Made by a program: the position numbers and the translations under genes. A stretch of DNA of 64,000 bases, taken from Chiloscyllium plagiosum. Its lineage: Eukaryota. Positions 46,288 to 59,267 of this stretch are shown one piece after another. The DNA lies in the NCBI RefSeq assembly GCF_004010195.1, contig NC_057719.1:38376758-38440757 (forward strand), read 5' to 3'. The notes under the pieces were generated by a model. It made no database searches. It was given only the letters and a program-made list of their open reading frames with translations, and was not told the DNA's origin. Each line of letters opens with the position of its first letter. Position 1 is the stretch's first letter.

Positions 46288-47681
46288 AGACAAAGTGATG
46301 ACTACAGACGCTGGAGATCAGAGTTGAAGAGTGTGTTGCTAGAAAAGCACAGCCTGTCAGGCAGCATCTGAGGAGCAGGACGTTTTGAGCATAAGCTCTT
46401 CATCAGGAATGAAGGGGTGGACAGGGGGCTGAGAGATAAATGGGAAGGAAGTTGGACTGGTGGGAAGATAGCTGGGAATGCAATATGTAGATGAAGGTGT
46501 GGGAGAAGGTGATAGGTTGGAACGGAGGATGGAGTGGATAGGTGGGAAGGAAGCTGGACAGGTAGGACAGTTCAAGAGAGTGGTGCCGAGTTGGAAGGTT
46601 GGATCTTGGATAAGGTGGAGGGAGGGAAAATAAGAAAACTGGTGAAATCTACATTGATCCCATGTGGTTGGAGGGTGGAAGATGAGGCATTCTTCCTCCA
46701 GGTGTTGGGTGGCTAGAGTTTGGTGGTGGAGGAGGCCCCAAACCTGCATGTCCTTGGCAGAGTGGGAGAGGGAGTTAAAGTGTTTGGCCACAGGGTGGTA
46801 GGATTGTTTGGTGCAGGTGTCCCAGAGATGTTCTCTGAAATGTTCTGCAAGTTGGCGTCCTGTCTCCACAATGTAGAGGAGATCACATCAAGTGCAATGG
46901 ACGCAATAGATTATGTGTGTTGAAGTATAAGTAAATCTCTCTTGGATGTGAAAGGATCCTTTGGGGCCTTGGACGGAGGTGAGGGGGGAGGTGTGGACGC
47001 ATGTTTTGCACTTCTTGCAGTGGCAGGAGAAGCTGCCGGAAGGGTAGGTATGGACCTAACAAGGAAGTTGCAGAGGGAATAGTGTCTATGGAACACAGAT
47101 AGTAGTGGGGAGGGAAATATATCTCTGGTGGTGGGGTATGTTTGTGGGTGGCGGAGGTTGTTGGGATGGAAAGTGAGGACCGGGGGGTTCTGTCCTTGTT
47201 GTGATTGGAGGGGTGGAATTGAAGAGCGAGGTGCAGGAAGTGGAGGAGATGCACTGGAGGGCATGATCGACCATCTGGGAGGGGGAATTGTGATCCTTGA
47301 AGAAGGAGGCCATCTGGGATGTTCTGTGGTGGAAGTGGTCCTTCTGGGAGCAGATGCAGCGGAGGCAGAGGAATTGAGAATAAGGGATAGGGTTTTTACA
47401 GGAAGCAGGATGGGAGGAGGTATAGTCCAGGTAGCTGTGGGAGTTGGTGGGTTTGAAGTAGATGTCCGTATTGAGTTGGTTGCCGGAAATGGATCACCTT
47501 CACCCCCACCTTCATCTACCTATCACATTCCCAGCTACCCTCCCCCCCAGGCTCACCTCCTCCCATTTCTCAGCCCCCTTGGGCCACCCCCTCATTTCTG
47601 ATAAAGAGCTTATGCTCAAAATGTCGACCCTCCTGCTCCTCAGATGTTGCCTGACCGGCTTTTCCAGCACCACACTCTTCT
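46288..47681 (-). mobile_element. PLE: RT C-terminus plus GIY-YIG, with inverted terminal repeat at 47494-47681
   Basis: Minus strand KPTNSHSYLDYTSSHP...IPYSQFL; ETGRQLAEHFREH; near-perfect TSD aatgtgtagaaca / aatatgtagaaca (46275-87, 47682-94). Confidence 0.92.
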
Positions 47682-48261
47682 AATATGTAGAACAGTTCAA
47701 TTAGTTAACAGCTTTTGGCATTATTGACATTATATACCTGAAGAAAATTGACAAATGCATGACCAAATTCATGACAGAAGGTAGTGAAAATATCCTACTG
47801 GTCAGAATTCTGAAGGATATTTATCTGGATCATTGAAAGACAGTGATACAACTGATATTGGTAACATTAACTACATGGAAACCACATGTATTTTACCTGG
47901 TGGATATGGATTAATGACCAATTGCAGCACCACCAGTGTGTATGGACTGAACATGGTGACATTAATAAAGTCATCAAATTACTTAACAAAGCAGAACAGG
48001 TCAAGAATGCATATAAAACAGTCCAGGACTTACAATACACCCAGACAGATTCAATGCAATAGGAAACTTCAACGATAATACTGACTTGCATCTGAAAGAA
48101 GATGCAATTCCATGAATTAATTCACCCAGAAAGTGCAGTGTTCACACACGAGAGTTTGAAGACCAAGTTGGATGATACGGAATGTAATGGTATGGTGTTT
48201 TGTGTACATCAGTGTATAGACCATTAAGTTAACAAAATCCTAAAATTCTAAAATCCTAAAA

Positions 48262-49217
48262 CGTGTCAGATTGTGGACATGGATACCACTATTACGCGTG
48301 GGAACACCTCCCACCATGTACATGGCAGGTACTCATGTGACTCAGCCAACATTGTCTATCTTATACGTTGCAGGCAGGGATGCCCAGAGGCATGGTACAT
48401 TGGGGAAACTGAGCAAAGGCTACGACAACGGATGAATGGGCACCTCACAACTATCAACAGACAGGAGTGTTCCCTTCCAGTTGGGGAACACTTCAGTGGT
48501 CCAGGACATTCAGCCTCGGACCTTCGGGTGACCATCCTCCAAGGTGGACTTCGGGACAGGCAGCAGAGAAAAGTGGCNNNNNNNNNNNNNNNNNNNNNNN
48601 NNNNNNNNNNNNNNNNNNNNNNNNNNNNNNNNNNNNNNNNNNNNNNNNNNNNNNNNNNNNNNNNNNNNNNNNNNNNNNNNNNNNNNNNNNNNNNNNNNNN
48701 NNNNNNNNNNNNNNNNNNNNNNNNNNNNNNNNNNNNNNNNNNNNNNNNNNNNNNNNNNNNNNNNNNNNNNNNNNNNNNNNNNNNNNNNNNNNNNNNNNNN
48801 NNNNNNNNNNNNNNNNNNNNNNNNNNNNNNNNNNNNNNNNNNNNNNNNNNNNNNNNNNNNNNNNNNNNNNNNNNNNNNNNNNNNNNNNNNNNNNNNNNNN
48901 NNNNNNNNNNNNNNNNNNNNNNNNNNNNNNNNNNNNNNNNNNNNNNNNNNNNNNNNNNNGAAGTGAAACTAACATGGTATTCGAACAGATGAAAGACTCA
49001 ACAGACAAGACAATCAATTCTTCAATGTATAATTTCAGTTACATCACACTGCAAATTTTTGCTATAAATTCTGTATTACGATCGAGCCCTCCACAATCAC
49101 CTGATGAAGGAGCGTCGCTCCGAAAGCTAGTGTGCTTCCAATTAAACCTGTTGGACTATAACCTGGTGTTGTGTGATTTTTAACTTTGTACATCCCAGTC
49201 CAACACCGGCATCTCCG
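48262..49217 (+). mobile_element. PLE (family B): GIY-YIG domain and terminal repeat; contains a gap
   Basis: SCDSANIVYLIRCRQGCPEAWYIGETEQRLRQRMNGH; TSD aatcctaaaa at 48252-61 and 49218-27. Confidence 0.93.
49097..49133 (+). ncRNA. Minimal type I hammerhead ribozyme motif (PLE family B)
   Basis: cac-CTGATGA-A-GGAGC-gtc-GCTCC-GAA-AGCT-A-gtg: stem I cac/gtg, 5-bp stem II, palindrome AGCT. Confidence 0.75.
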
Positions 49218-49248
49218 AATCCTAAAATGTATGTTTGGATCCAATATC

Positions 49249-49402
49249 TAGAACATAGAACATAGAACATTACAGCGCAGTACAGGCCCTTCGGCCCTTG
49301 ATGTTACGCTGACCTGTGGAACCAATCTCAAGCCCATCTATCCTACGCTATTCCATTTTCATCCATATGTTTATCCAATGACCATTCAAATGCCCTTAAA
49401 GC
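49249..49402 (-). mobile_element. CR1 3' end
   Basis: (tagaaca)n tail and aggcccttcggccc stem-loop, reverse strand. Confidence 0.8.
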
Positions 49403-52143
49403 TGTCTCCAAAGAGAATATGAGAAGAATTCAATCTCAAATTCTATAGGAGCTAAGTTCTTTTCCAACCTGGATATTGGTAAAGGAAACGCCAGAAATGA
49501 TTACTTTCAGATTATTACTAATTATTACTTTCAGAGCATATTTGGAGCATATGGCTTCCAGAGACTAACACTCAGTCTATCTGTCAAGCAGGGTCTCTTA
49601 TTGCAGCAGAATCACAGAAAATAGTCCTGGATGTGTTTGTTTTGCTGATTATATTGTAGTGATGGACAAAACCCAAGAAGACCTCGTCCAAAATCTACAC
49701 ACTAAGATGGCAGCAGCTGATCATCAAGTATTCTCCTTTAACAGCAAGATATGTTTGGAGAATGTCAATCACCATTTTGGTTTTATTTGTTCAGGTAATG
49801 GGATCTGTCCTGACCCAGGCACACACCTCCTCCCAAAGCTAAAGAAGACCTGCAGAGTCCTCCCTGTTTTCATGTAACTTCCTAGCTACACATAAGTATT
49901 TCCAACCAAGCAGCGCCATTGTAACACCTATTAATAAAATAAATCCTGTATGTGGGGCAGGGGAATCATCAACACATATTCAAATCACTCAGGCGAGCAT
50001 TGTCAGCAGAAACTTGTAACCCAACGTAATGCAACTTGAGGAAGAAGGCAATTCTGCAAGCTGATGGTCTCAGGAAGGATTAGGAGCATGCATCATACAA
50101 ACTGCCAAGCCAGTTACCTTTGGATCGAAAAGTTAAACTTGCTGTGTTGTTTGATTTCATAAGATTTCATACATACCTGTTTGATAAGCAATTCACTGTG
50201 GAAACCACTCACAAACCCTTGGAAATGATTTGGCTCGAACCATTAATGAATGCATCTCCTAGTCAACAACAACTTCTCATAAAAGTTCCGGAATGCAATT
50301 TTGACATCAACGACAAGCCTGGTACAAAAATGGCTACCTCAGACCAGCTAGGCAGAATCCAAATAGCAATGCAGAAATCCCATTGCACCAACAAGCAAAC
50401 AGGATGTATATCAAGGTCAAGGTCAAATGTAATCAACTTTAGGAAGAAGTACTTAATAATCTGTAACTGGATACACTTTGGAATGTTATTATGGACAGAA
50501 AGCCTGACACAACACAAAGAGGTGCCAGACATATGCTTCAATTTTATATGCTTTTGGTCATACAAGAGACAAAATTGGTATCTTAAGAGAGTAATTTTTA
50601 TAGGGAAACAATTGCATGTATCCACGACTCTCCACCAGGACATAGTTTCATACTTTCAGCAGGGATATATTGGCATGGAGTTGTTGTGGTACCAAACAAT
50701 TGGGAAACACAGATACAGGTTATGATTGTTTATTCATCTATATGTCCGGGCTGCATCCTTGTTTCTAACACCATACTCCCTGATCCTTTTCTTGAATCTC
50801 ATCCAGTGTAGAGTACATTCATTAATCTTCTGTTTTGCTCTTTCCTACTTACATCTTATATCACTCAAAGACACTGTTCAACTCTTCCAGAGCCATCAAA
50901 ATGGTTCATCAGGAGTCAACAGTGACATAGAGAAAACAGTGAGGATGTGGAAGGTATAAAATAAATGAAGAGTTCTTGGAATGAACAGTTTCCTAAAACT
51001 ATGTTCTAGAGCCAACTGCAGAGACCAGGTATTGCGCAATCAGATATGATTAATTAATAACCTCATAGAGAAGGCATCCTTACATAATGGCCATCATAAT
51101 ATGATTCAATTTTAAATTCAGTTGAGATAGAGAGAGAGGGAGAGAGAGAGGGGCCGCGGGGGTGTGTGGAGTGGAGTCCAAGAATATAACTTTAAACTTA
51201 AGGGCAATTATGACAGTATGCAAGCAAATACCAAAACAGGGATAGCAATTTATACTGAGGTAACAATCTGGAACATATTGAATCAGTTGGGCAAATTATC
51301 AAAATGGCATCAATAATCCTAGTTAGAATTTAACTTTAAGTAAAGTGCATAGGAAAACAGAATTGACAATAATATCCATGAATGCTGCTTAATTTAAGTG
51401 AATCTACAGCAGATAGTGTATGTGTTATGATACTTGGCTGGGCTCGAATTGTGCTATGGTACAGGATTGGACACTAAATTTATGTTGTGATCTTGCTCGG
51501 GATGAGTAATTTTTATTGAAAGAGTAAACAAAATGTGAAATCCTAAGCACGTAAGGCCCACTCCTAGCTCCCAGGGGTTTTCTTGAGCCTTAATCACAGA
51601 TGTAACTGCTCCATCTGGTTCTCAGGACGTTTCTGAGTCTTAACTGCTTCGAAGCTATACAGCTTTCTAGTTGGAGCTTCCCCACTTAAGTACCTGACAG
51701 ATGAGCAGCTTGAAGGCAGCAATTTTCTGCTTTCACTGTCTCTGACTAACTGATGAAAACTAAACATTCAGGAAACCTTTGGAAGGCTTACCACAAGCCC
51801 TGGCTTTGCTGTTAGATAGCACCGACTTTAGCAGTCATTCTAACACCATGTTCCCTGAATGATATAATTATCCAGCTAGCTTCCTGTCCACAGCTGCCAA
51901 CCCTGAACACACCCCATACAAATGGATACAAAAGAAGGACATGTGTCAAATAATTCAAATAGCAGCTTTCTCATCTCTGAATCAGCAGTAGTGGTTTCAA
52001 GTCCCATGCCAAGACATGGGCAAAAGCATTAAACAGCACTTCTGGAAGTGCTTTCTTTTCTTGTTATAGTGTCATGGAATCTTACTGCATGGAAACTTCA
52101 CACGAGACATTAAACTGAGGCCACATTCTCTATGAGGTGGATG

Positions 52144-55100
52144 TCATAGAGTCACAGAAATGTACAGCACGGAAACTGACCCTTCCGTCTAACTCGTCCA
52201 TGCTGACCTGATATTCTAAACTAATCTAGTCCCATTTGCCAGCACTTGGCCCATATCCTTCTAAACCTTTCCTATTCATATACCTATCCAGATGCCTTTT
52301 AAATGTTGCAATTGTACTAGCCTCCACCACTTCCTCTGGCAGCTCATTCCATACACGCACCACCCTTTGTGTGAAAAAAATGCCCCTTAGATACCTTTTA
52401 AATCTTTCCCCTCTCACCCTAAACCTAAACCCTCTATTTGTGGAATCCCCTACCTCAGAGAAAAGACTGAGTCTATTTACCCCATCCATGTCTCTCATGA
52501 TTTTATAAACCTCTATAAGGTCACCCCTCAGCCTCTGACACGCTATGGAAAACAGCCCCAGCCTATTCAACCTCTCCCTATAGCTCAAATCTTCCAACTC
52601 TAGCAACATCCTTGTAAATCTTTTCTGAATCCTTTCAAATTTCACAACATCTTTCCAATAAGAAGGAGATCAGAATTGCATGCAATATTCCAACAATGGC
52701 CTAACCAATATCCTGTACAGCCACAACATGACCTCCCAACTCCTGTACTCAATACTCTGACCAATAAAGGAAAGCATACCTATCTACCTGCAACTCCACT
52801 TTCAAGGAGCTATGAACCTGCACTCCAAGATCTCTTTGTTCAGCAACACACCTTAGGACCTTACCATTAAGTGTATAAGTCCTGCTAAGATTTGCCTTTC
52901 CAAAATGCAGCACCTCGCATTTATCTGAATTAAACTCCATTTGCCACTTCTCAGCCCATTGGCCCATCTGGTCCAGATCCTGTTGCAATCTGAGGTAACC
53001 CTCTTCACTGTCCACTACACCTCCAATTTTGGTGTCATCTGCAAACTTACTAACTGTGCCTCCTATGTTCACCTCCAAATCATTTATATATGTGACAAAA
53101 AGCACTGAATCTAGCACCAATCCTTGTGGCACTCCACTGGTCATAGGCCTCCAGTCTGAAAAGCAACCCTCTACCACCACCCTCTGTCTTCTACCTTCAA
53201 GCCTGTTCTGTATCCAAATGGCTAGTTTTCCCTGTATTCCATGAGATCTAACCTTGCTAATCAGTCTACCATGAGGAAGCTTGTCAAACACCTTACTGAA
53301 GTCCATATAGATCACGTCCATCATTCTGCCCTCATCAATCCTCTTTGTTACTTCTTCCAAAAATCCAATCAAGTTCGTGAGACATGATTTCCCACGCACA
53401 AAGCCATGCTGACTATCCCTAATCAGTCCTTGCCTTTCCAAATACATGTACATCCTGTCCCTCTGGATTCCCTCCAACAACTTGCCCACCACCAACATTG
53501 GGCTTACCGGTCTATAGTTCTCTGGCTTTTCCTTACCACCTTTCTTAAGCAGTGGCACCACATTAGCCAGTCTTCCAGCACCTCACCTGTGACTATCGAT
53601 GATACAAATACTTCAGCAAGGGGCCCAGCAATCACATTCCTAGCTTCCCATAGAGTTCTAGGGTACACCTGATCAGATCCTGGGGATTTATCCACTTCTT
53701 TGTGATTCAAGACAACCAGCACTTCCTCTTCTATAATATGGACATTTTTCAATATGTCACTGTCTATTTTCCCACATCCTATATTTTTATGTCCTTTTTC
53801 ACAGTAAACACTGACGCAAAATACTCATTTAGTATCTCCCCCATCTTCTGCGGCTCCACACAAAGGCCGCCTTGCTGATCTTTGAGGAGCCTATTCTCTC
53901 CCCAGTTACCCTTTTGTCCTTAACGTATTTGTAAAAAGCTTTGGATTCTGCTTAACCTTATTTGCCAAAGCTATCTCATGTCTCCTTTTTGCCCTCCTGA
54001 TTTCCCTCCGAAGTGTACTCCTACTGCCTTTATACTCTTATAAGGATTCACGATCTCTGCTGTCTATACCTGACAAATGCTTCCTTCTTTGTCAATTTCT
54101 TTAGTCATCCAGCATTCCCTATACCGACCAACCTTTCCTTTCACCCTAACAGGAATATACTTTCTCTGGACTCTCGTTATCTCATTTTTGATGGTTTCCC
54201 ATTTTCCAGCCATCCCTTGTCCTGCGAACATCTGCCCTCAATCAGCTTTTGAAAGTTTTTGCTTAACATCATCAAAATTGGCCTTCCTCCAATTTAGAAC
54301 TTCAACTTTTAGATCTGGTCTATCCTTTTCTATCACTATTTTAAAACTAATAGATTTATGGTTGCTGGTCCCAAAGTGCTTCCCCACTGACACCTCAGTC
54401 ACCTGCCCTGCCTTATTTCCCAAGAGTAGGTCAAGTTTTGCACCTTCTCTTGTTGGTACATCCACTTACTGAATCACATTTTCTTATACACACTTACCAA
54501 ACTCCTCTCCATCTAAACCCTTGACACTATGGCAGTCCCAGTCAATGTTTGGAAAGTTAAAATCCTCCACCATAACCACCCTATTATTCTGAGATCTCCT
54601 TACAAATTTGTTTCTCAATTTCCTGCTGACTACTAGGAGGTCTATAATACAATTCCAATAAGGTAATCATCCCTTTCTTATTTCTCAGTTCCACCCAAAT
54701 AACTTCCCTGAATGTATTCCCAGGAGTATCCTCCCTAAAGTACAGCTGTAATACTAACCAGAAACAAGAAACAAAAAAAAGCAAAGAAAATTATAGCATA
54801 GGAACAGGCCCTTTGGCCCTCCAAGCCTGCACCTATCCAGATCCACTATCTATCTCCTATCTAAAAAACACAACCCTCTCTCCTCCCTTGCCCCCTTTTG
54901 TGTCCTTCCTCTAGCATTTGTATCCTGGAGCATTAAACTGCTGGTCCTGTCCATCCCTGAACCATGTTCCTGTAATTGCTATGATATCCCAGTTCCTGTT
55001 CCTAACCATGCTCTGAGATCATCTGCCTTCCCTGTTAGGCATCTTGCCAAATGCAGTTTGGCTTATCAGCCCAACCTTGTACTCTGCTTTGTCCCTGCCT

Positions 55101-55630
55101 GCCCTGATTGTTTGACACGTTCCTTTTCCCAACTGTACCAGTCTCAGATTGATCTCTTTCTTCATTATTTCCCTGGGTCCCACTCCCCAGCCTTACTAGT
55201 TTAAATCCTCCCGAACAGCTCTAGAAAATCTCCCTGCCAGTATATTAGTCCCCTTCCAATTTAGGTGCAATCCATCCTCCTTGTACAGGTCACCTCTACC
55301 CCAGAAAAGATTCCAATGATCCGAAAATGTGAATCCTTCTCCTCTGCACCATCTCCTCAGTCACACTTTCATGTTTTCTATCCTCCTATTCCTACCCTCA
55401 CTAGCTTGTAGCACCGGAAATAATCCAGATATTACTACCCTCAAAGACCTCCTTTTGAAACTCCTGCCTAACTGCCTATACTCTCCCTTCAGAATCTCAT
55501 CATTTTCTTTTCCTATGTCATTAGTACAAATGTGTACAATGACCTCCTGCTGGGCCCTCTCCCCTTTGAGAACATTCTGCACCCTCTCGGAGATATCCTT
55601 GATCCTGGCACCAGGGAGGTAACACACCAT
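52144..55630 (-). mobile_element. Near-full-length CR1 LINE (ORF1 esterase, APE, RT, tail), disrupted
   Basis: ORFs 55361-55630 (LPGARIKD...VHICTNDIG), 54238-54784, 52749-53561 (GVPQG, KFADDTK), 52226-52645. Confidence 0.95.
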
Positions 55631-55664
55631 TTTAATTTTTCACTGCTGGCTGCAGAAATGTCTA

Positions 55665-56607
55665 GGTAAAAACAATGACTGCAGATGCTGGAAACCAGAT
55701 TCTGGATCAGTGGTGCTGGAAGAGCACAGCAGTTCAGGCAGCATCCGAGGAGCAGTAAAATCGATGTTTTGTGTCCCAAATGTAAAATAGAGGTGGGCAC
55801 TCTTGTACATTGCCTATGGACCTGTCATAAGATCCGTAGATACTGGACTAAAGTAGCAAGTACCCTGACAGAAATTTTAGGATCAGAAATTAAAGTGGAC
55901 CTTTTTGGGCTTTTCGAACTTTCCCTCTCTGGACATGCACGGGAAGAGACTATTTTCTATTCTCTCTTTCTGTGCAAGGAAAAATATTTTGGTAAACTGG
56001 GTGGCTGAGGCCCCCCCTGGACTTTCAGATTGGCACAGACTAATTATGGAATGTATTCCCCTTGACTTCCTTACAAATATGGTGCACCAAAAGACCGAAT
56101 TATTTTATAAAATATGGCAGCCCTTCTTGAATTGTATGAATACAGATATTTCGGCTATCCTAACAAGGGCTTTTATTTAATTGAGATTACGAACCTGGCT
56201 GGTCCGGGGCCCCTTGGGAGAGGAATCCCGCACGAACATGGGTTTTGTTACATTTGATGTTAACACATTCCGAGCGTGTATCTCACTACCCAATTTCTGT
56301 GTTATCCATTGTTTTTTTTCTCTTTCTCTTATTTGAATAATGTAAGAGACTTAAATATACACTCTGGTTAGTTGTAGGTTAGATTAGTAGTTAGTTGAGT
56401 TTTGGGTTTTTTTCTCAGTATTTTTCTTCATGGGGACAGTGCTGAGCTGGAAGTTTGAAACTAGGATGAGGTGGGGGGAGGGGAAATGAGGAAACTTTTG
56501 AAGTCCACATTGATGCCCTGGGATTGAAGTGTTCCGAGGCGGAAGATGAAGTGTTCTTCCTCCAGGCATCTGGTGGTGAGGGAGCGGCGGTGAAGGGAGC
56601 CCAGGAT
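55665..56607 (-). mobile_element. PLE 3' fragment split by an L1 segment (PLE parts 55665-55769 and ~56435-56607)
   Basis: Terminal repeat related to 8930-9003; ORF 56461-56676 FRLGTLQSQGINVDF. Confidence 0.8.
55770..56430 (+). mobile_element. L1-clade LINE ORF2 C-terminus (CCHC finger) and 3' UTR
   Basis: CPKCKIEVGTLVHCLWTC; ARKNILVNW...FYKIWQPF; T-rich UTR. Confidence 0.85.
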
Positions 56608-56660
56608 CTGTCTGTGCCTCTGACGAGAGAATCCCGACCACAAACGATTGCTTGGAACTG

Positions 56661-56885
56661 AAAGATCCCAAGACACAACTTTGAAGAAAAGTAGGTAATT
56701 GTCCTCAGTCTGCTCGTCAATATTTATTCCTCAATCAGCATCACAAGAAATATTGTCTGGTCATTATCATATGACTGCTGCCTGACCTAACAGAAGCTAC
56801 AATTCAACAGTACTTCATTGAATATAATGTTCTGTGAGACACCTAGTGGTCATGAAAAGCACTGTGTACCTGCAAGTCTTGTTCT
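56661..56885 (+). mobile_element. Deu-domain-type SINE, 3' half (5' half at ~51960-52144)
   Basis: aggtggatgt | aaagatccca...tttgaagaa...caatatttattcctcaa...tctggtcattatca. Confidence 0.6.
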
Positions 56886-58239
56886 TTTCTGTAACTGCAG
56901 TGGAAATTCAGAAATCAAACTAAATTGAGAGTATGGTAGGTTTATGTACATCTGTCAGACACACACAGTTAGCATGTGGAACGGATCTCAGGTCAACATG
57001 CTTTCTTCAGAATTGTTCTGATGTTAATTCTGTCTCCGTTCACAAACACTACCTGACCTGCCAATTATTTTCAACATTTTCAGCCTTCAGTCTAAATTTC
57101 CAGGATCCACAGCATTTTGCTCTGTTTCTGAAGTATACTAGAAGGCCTTCTGTTTGATTTGGTTCTCCTGCATTTATTCCTGCAGGGGACACCAGGACTT
57201 TGGTGAAGTTTACTAAAAATGAGGCCTGCTGCAGAAAGGCAATACATGACTGTGGCTTTTCATGTGATTTTATTCAGAAACACATCCATCTGGAGGTTGT
57301 GCTGCAGAGCAGAAGCTAGAAAAACGTATTCATTAAGAAATTGACTGTCCAGGAGAGGGAGGAGCTGGAAGCTGCCATGAAAATAATTACTAAGTGGATA
57401 GAACTAAAGGACTAAATTTAAGATAAGAGTCAGTGTCGCATGATGGTACTAATTGAGGTGAGCCAAAGACTTGCTTGGACTCTATCCTGTGAATGACAGA
57501 GGCAATGACAGGAAGGCAGAATGTGCTGCAGAAATGGAATAAAGAGTCATAAAAGTTACTGACTGCATAGCTTGTCTATTATGGGTGTGGCAATCCAAAT
57601 ATTTCAGTTAGAGTGGCATCCTCTATATCCCATTTATCTGGCAGTTCTCTATTTACTCCATGATAATAAATTTGATACCACTTTAATAGAGAGAATCTAC
57701 TCAATGTAACCCTCAATACGTTACCTGCTGGCATGCCATTATTTGCATTTTGGAGACATGAGAATCAATGGATTTTCTATCACTAGGAAGTATGCAGATA
57801 CGTCCATTGTGAAAATTAATGCTGATTATATACAAGTAGTATATAGTGACAATGTATTGTCAATCATACACCATTTTAAATAACACTGTAACTACAAACA
57901 ATACTCCACCTATGTGGAGAGCAGCAGTTCAAGAAAGCAGATCATCAGCACCTCTCAAGGGCAACTATCAGCTGGCCAGCCAGCGATGCCTATTTCTCAC
58001 ATGTGAATGAGAAAAACCTATCCTTAATAATGTCTGAATACAGACATGTTTTTGGACCTTTTCAGCCTGCACGTTTCAAGACAAATGCAAGAATGTCAGA
58101 TTTCATATGTTCACAAACATTGTACTACAAGAATAAAGAAGTGCTGATTCGTTGGCAATCTAAGTTATAAAATCAAAGGGAAAATACAGGCTCCAAATGC
58201 TTCCAGGTAATTCAAAAAATGCACAAATTTCAAACATAT

Positions 58240-58590
58240 TCATAGGGTCCTAGAGCATGGAAACAGACCCTTAGGTCCAACTAGTCCACACTGACCATGT
58301 TCCCACATGTCAGACATTGTGTTTGGTAGTACTTGCAACTCAAATTCAGTATGTTGTACTCACCTGCCCACGTTTGACCCTTATCTCTTTAAGTTTTTCC
58401 TATTCATGTACTTATCCAAATGAGTTTTAAATGTTGTAACTGTATCTGCATCCACCCCTTCCTCTGGCAGTTCATTCCTCATATGAACCAATCTCTGTAT
58501 AAAAAAAAGTTGTACCTTAATATTCTTTTTAAACCTTTCTCTCACCTTAAATTATGCCCCCTAGTTTTGACTTTTCATTCATTGAGACCA
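58240..58590 (-). mobile_element. CR1 3' end containing a 54-bp templated insert
   Basis: Collinear with 34933-35110 except 58305-58358. Confidence 0.85.
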
Positions 58591-59267
58591 TATCCCTGTA
58601 TATGAATGTATGTTGTTTCCAGCATTTGTAAATAAGCTGCATAACTAAACTTGATCAATTATCTTAAATTGATTGTTCGTGTAGGTATTAACACACTCAG
58701 CAAGAGTTGTTTAATTGCAGAATCACAGCTAACAGCAGACAATTTGTATTGCATTTTCAAATGTGGGTTGGTTGTGTACAGTGTGTCCGCTGCCTATTGT
58801 GAACATGTTCGATTTAATCAGCCAATCATTGCAATGTACAGTCTACATACCTGGCATTATACCAGCACTGAGATCTACATAAATTTGGTGAACTGCAATT
58901 GGTAGAATGTCCTTTTGTAATAGTGGCAGTACCTTGTTTCCGTGAAGATACCACTTACATTGTAATATCTATTATTATCTGTATCGTGGCTCTCTTCAGC
59001 AATATTCAAGTTCTATGCTATTAAGCAATTATATTGTACTGCAAAAACTGAAAAGAGTTTGGTGTGGAATAATCACTAGATGGAGACAGAGTACTTTTAA
59101 GCAATGTATGTTAAAATGCAGGGAGACTTATTCATTGTCATATCGTCCAGTAATGTGTCTTCCATGAAAATTGCTAACAAGGTGCATTCTGTAACTACAG
59201 CTTAATATGTAAAACGTGTCAGATATTGTGTTTGGTAGTACTTGCAACTCAAATTCAGTATGTTGTA

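Larger units (their letters stand above)
47730..50960 (+). mobile_element. Highly decayed Ty3/Gypsy internal region in canonical RT-RH-IN order, with nested insertions
   Basis: RT-like (FADYIVVMDKTQE), RNase H (GLGACIIQ; FHTYLFDKQFTVETTHKPLE), integrase Zn-finger remnant (SDIEKTVRM). Confidence 0.7.

Noticed and set aside
52749..53561. 270-aa RT ORF as an active or domesticated gene
   Set aside because: Flanked by frameshifts and stops of a decayed CR1; no sign of host exon structure.
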